Shown here one piece after another: positions 52,196 to 52,531 of a stretch of DNA of 52,531 nt; positions within the stretch are counted from its first letter, which is position 1, and every line of letters starts with the position of its first letter. This DNA comes from Opitutia bacterium (GTDB taxonomy: Bacteria; Verrucomicrobiota; Verrucomicrobiia; Opitutales; T3Sed10-336). The notes below the pieces were generated by a model. The model saw only the letters and a program-made list of their open reading frames with translations. It was not told where the DNA came from and did no database searches. The DNA is taken from positions 1-52,531 of the forward strand of contig JBJHCF010000040.1 of assembly GCA_050506795.1 (NCBI GenBank). The letters run 5' to 3'. Position numbers and translations under genes: made by a program.

Positions 52196-52294
52196 GCTTT
52201 ATCCAACTCGCCTTCTTCCTTCCCAACCTTGTTCCCCCACAGTTGGACAGCCCCGTTCTAAAGTGTTGCCTCCAGGCGAGGGAGCCAAGCCCAA

Positions 52295-52531
52295 GTAGCT
52301 CCGTGCTTGAGCCGGAGACTCCTTTACGGGAACCGCGGTAATCACGCCACACAGACGCCCGCTGAAGCAGGGCGCTACGGTTCCGCACTTCCCCCGTAGC
52401 TCCGTGCTTTAGCCGGAGCCCCCTTTACGGGAACCGCGGTAATCACGCCACACAGACGCCCGCTGAAGCAGGGCGCTACGGTTCCGGACTTCCCCCGTAG
52501 CTCCGTGCTTTAGCCGGAGCCCCCTTTACGG
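52295..52531. repeat. 101-bp tandem array of GTAG-type REP doublets (BIME/REPIN-like), truncated by the window end
   Basis: Units start at 52295, 52396 and 52497; each full unit has GTAGCTCCGTGCTTKAGCCGGAG and an inverted partner reading GTAGCGCCCTGCTTCAGCGGGCG on the minus strand. Confidence 0.85.

Noticed and set aside
52295..52531. CRISPR array
   Set aside because: Sequences between the palindromes are nearly identical rather than unique spacers, and no cas genes are present.
46015..52531. Prophage, integrative element or diversity-generating retroelement
   Set aside because: No integrase, phage or reverse transcriptase gene is present, and paralog differences are not adenine-specific.

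Overview
GC-rich bacterial chromosome segment, most consistent with a Verrucomicrobiota (Opitutales/Puniceicoccales-like) organism. This is inferred from the PVC-type prepilin/H-X9-DG-like genes and the C-terminal 'RF[LI]RL' module on secreted proteins. The core region (about 16.8-34 kb) holds lexA, tRNA-His, rpmB, murJ, a split pta pair, ispA, gap-pgk-tpiA and a glycogen cluster (glgA, DUF4912, GH57). It is flanked by carbohydrate and accessory genes: GH43, GH4, GH2, an enolase-superfamily dehydratase, a CotH multidomain protein, ggt and a 4-gene sugar isomerase/oxidoreductase operon. Three tRNAs are present (Gly-GCC, His-GTG, Arg-TCT). The most notable region lies downstream of tRNA-Arg (46-52 kb): two paralogous pseudopilin-like genes flank a large secreted protein. 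All three are preceded by the same promoter architecture (TGTCG half-sites 21 bp apart plus an extended -10 at fixed spacing), which suggests a co-regulated module. Three unrelated secreted proteins share a ~125-aa C-terminal module, split by a ~234-aa insertion in one of them. The window also has a cluster of IS/MITE-like inverted repeats at 39.3-39.55 kb and a GTAG-family REP doublet array at the right end. No CRISPR array, transposase or integrase was seen. All product calls come from motif recognition without database searches.
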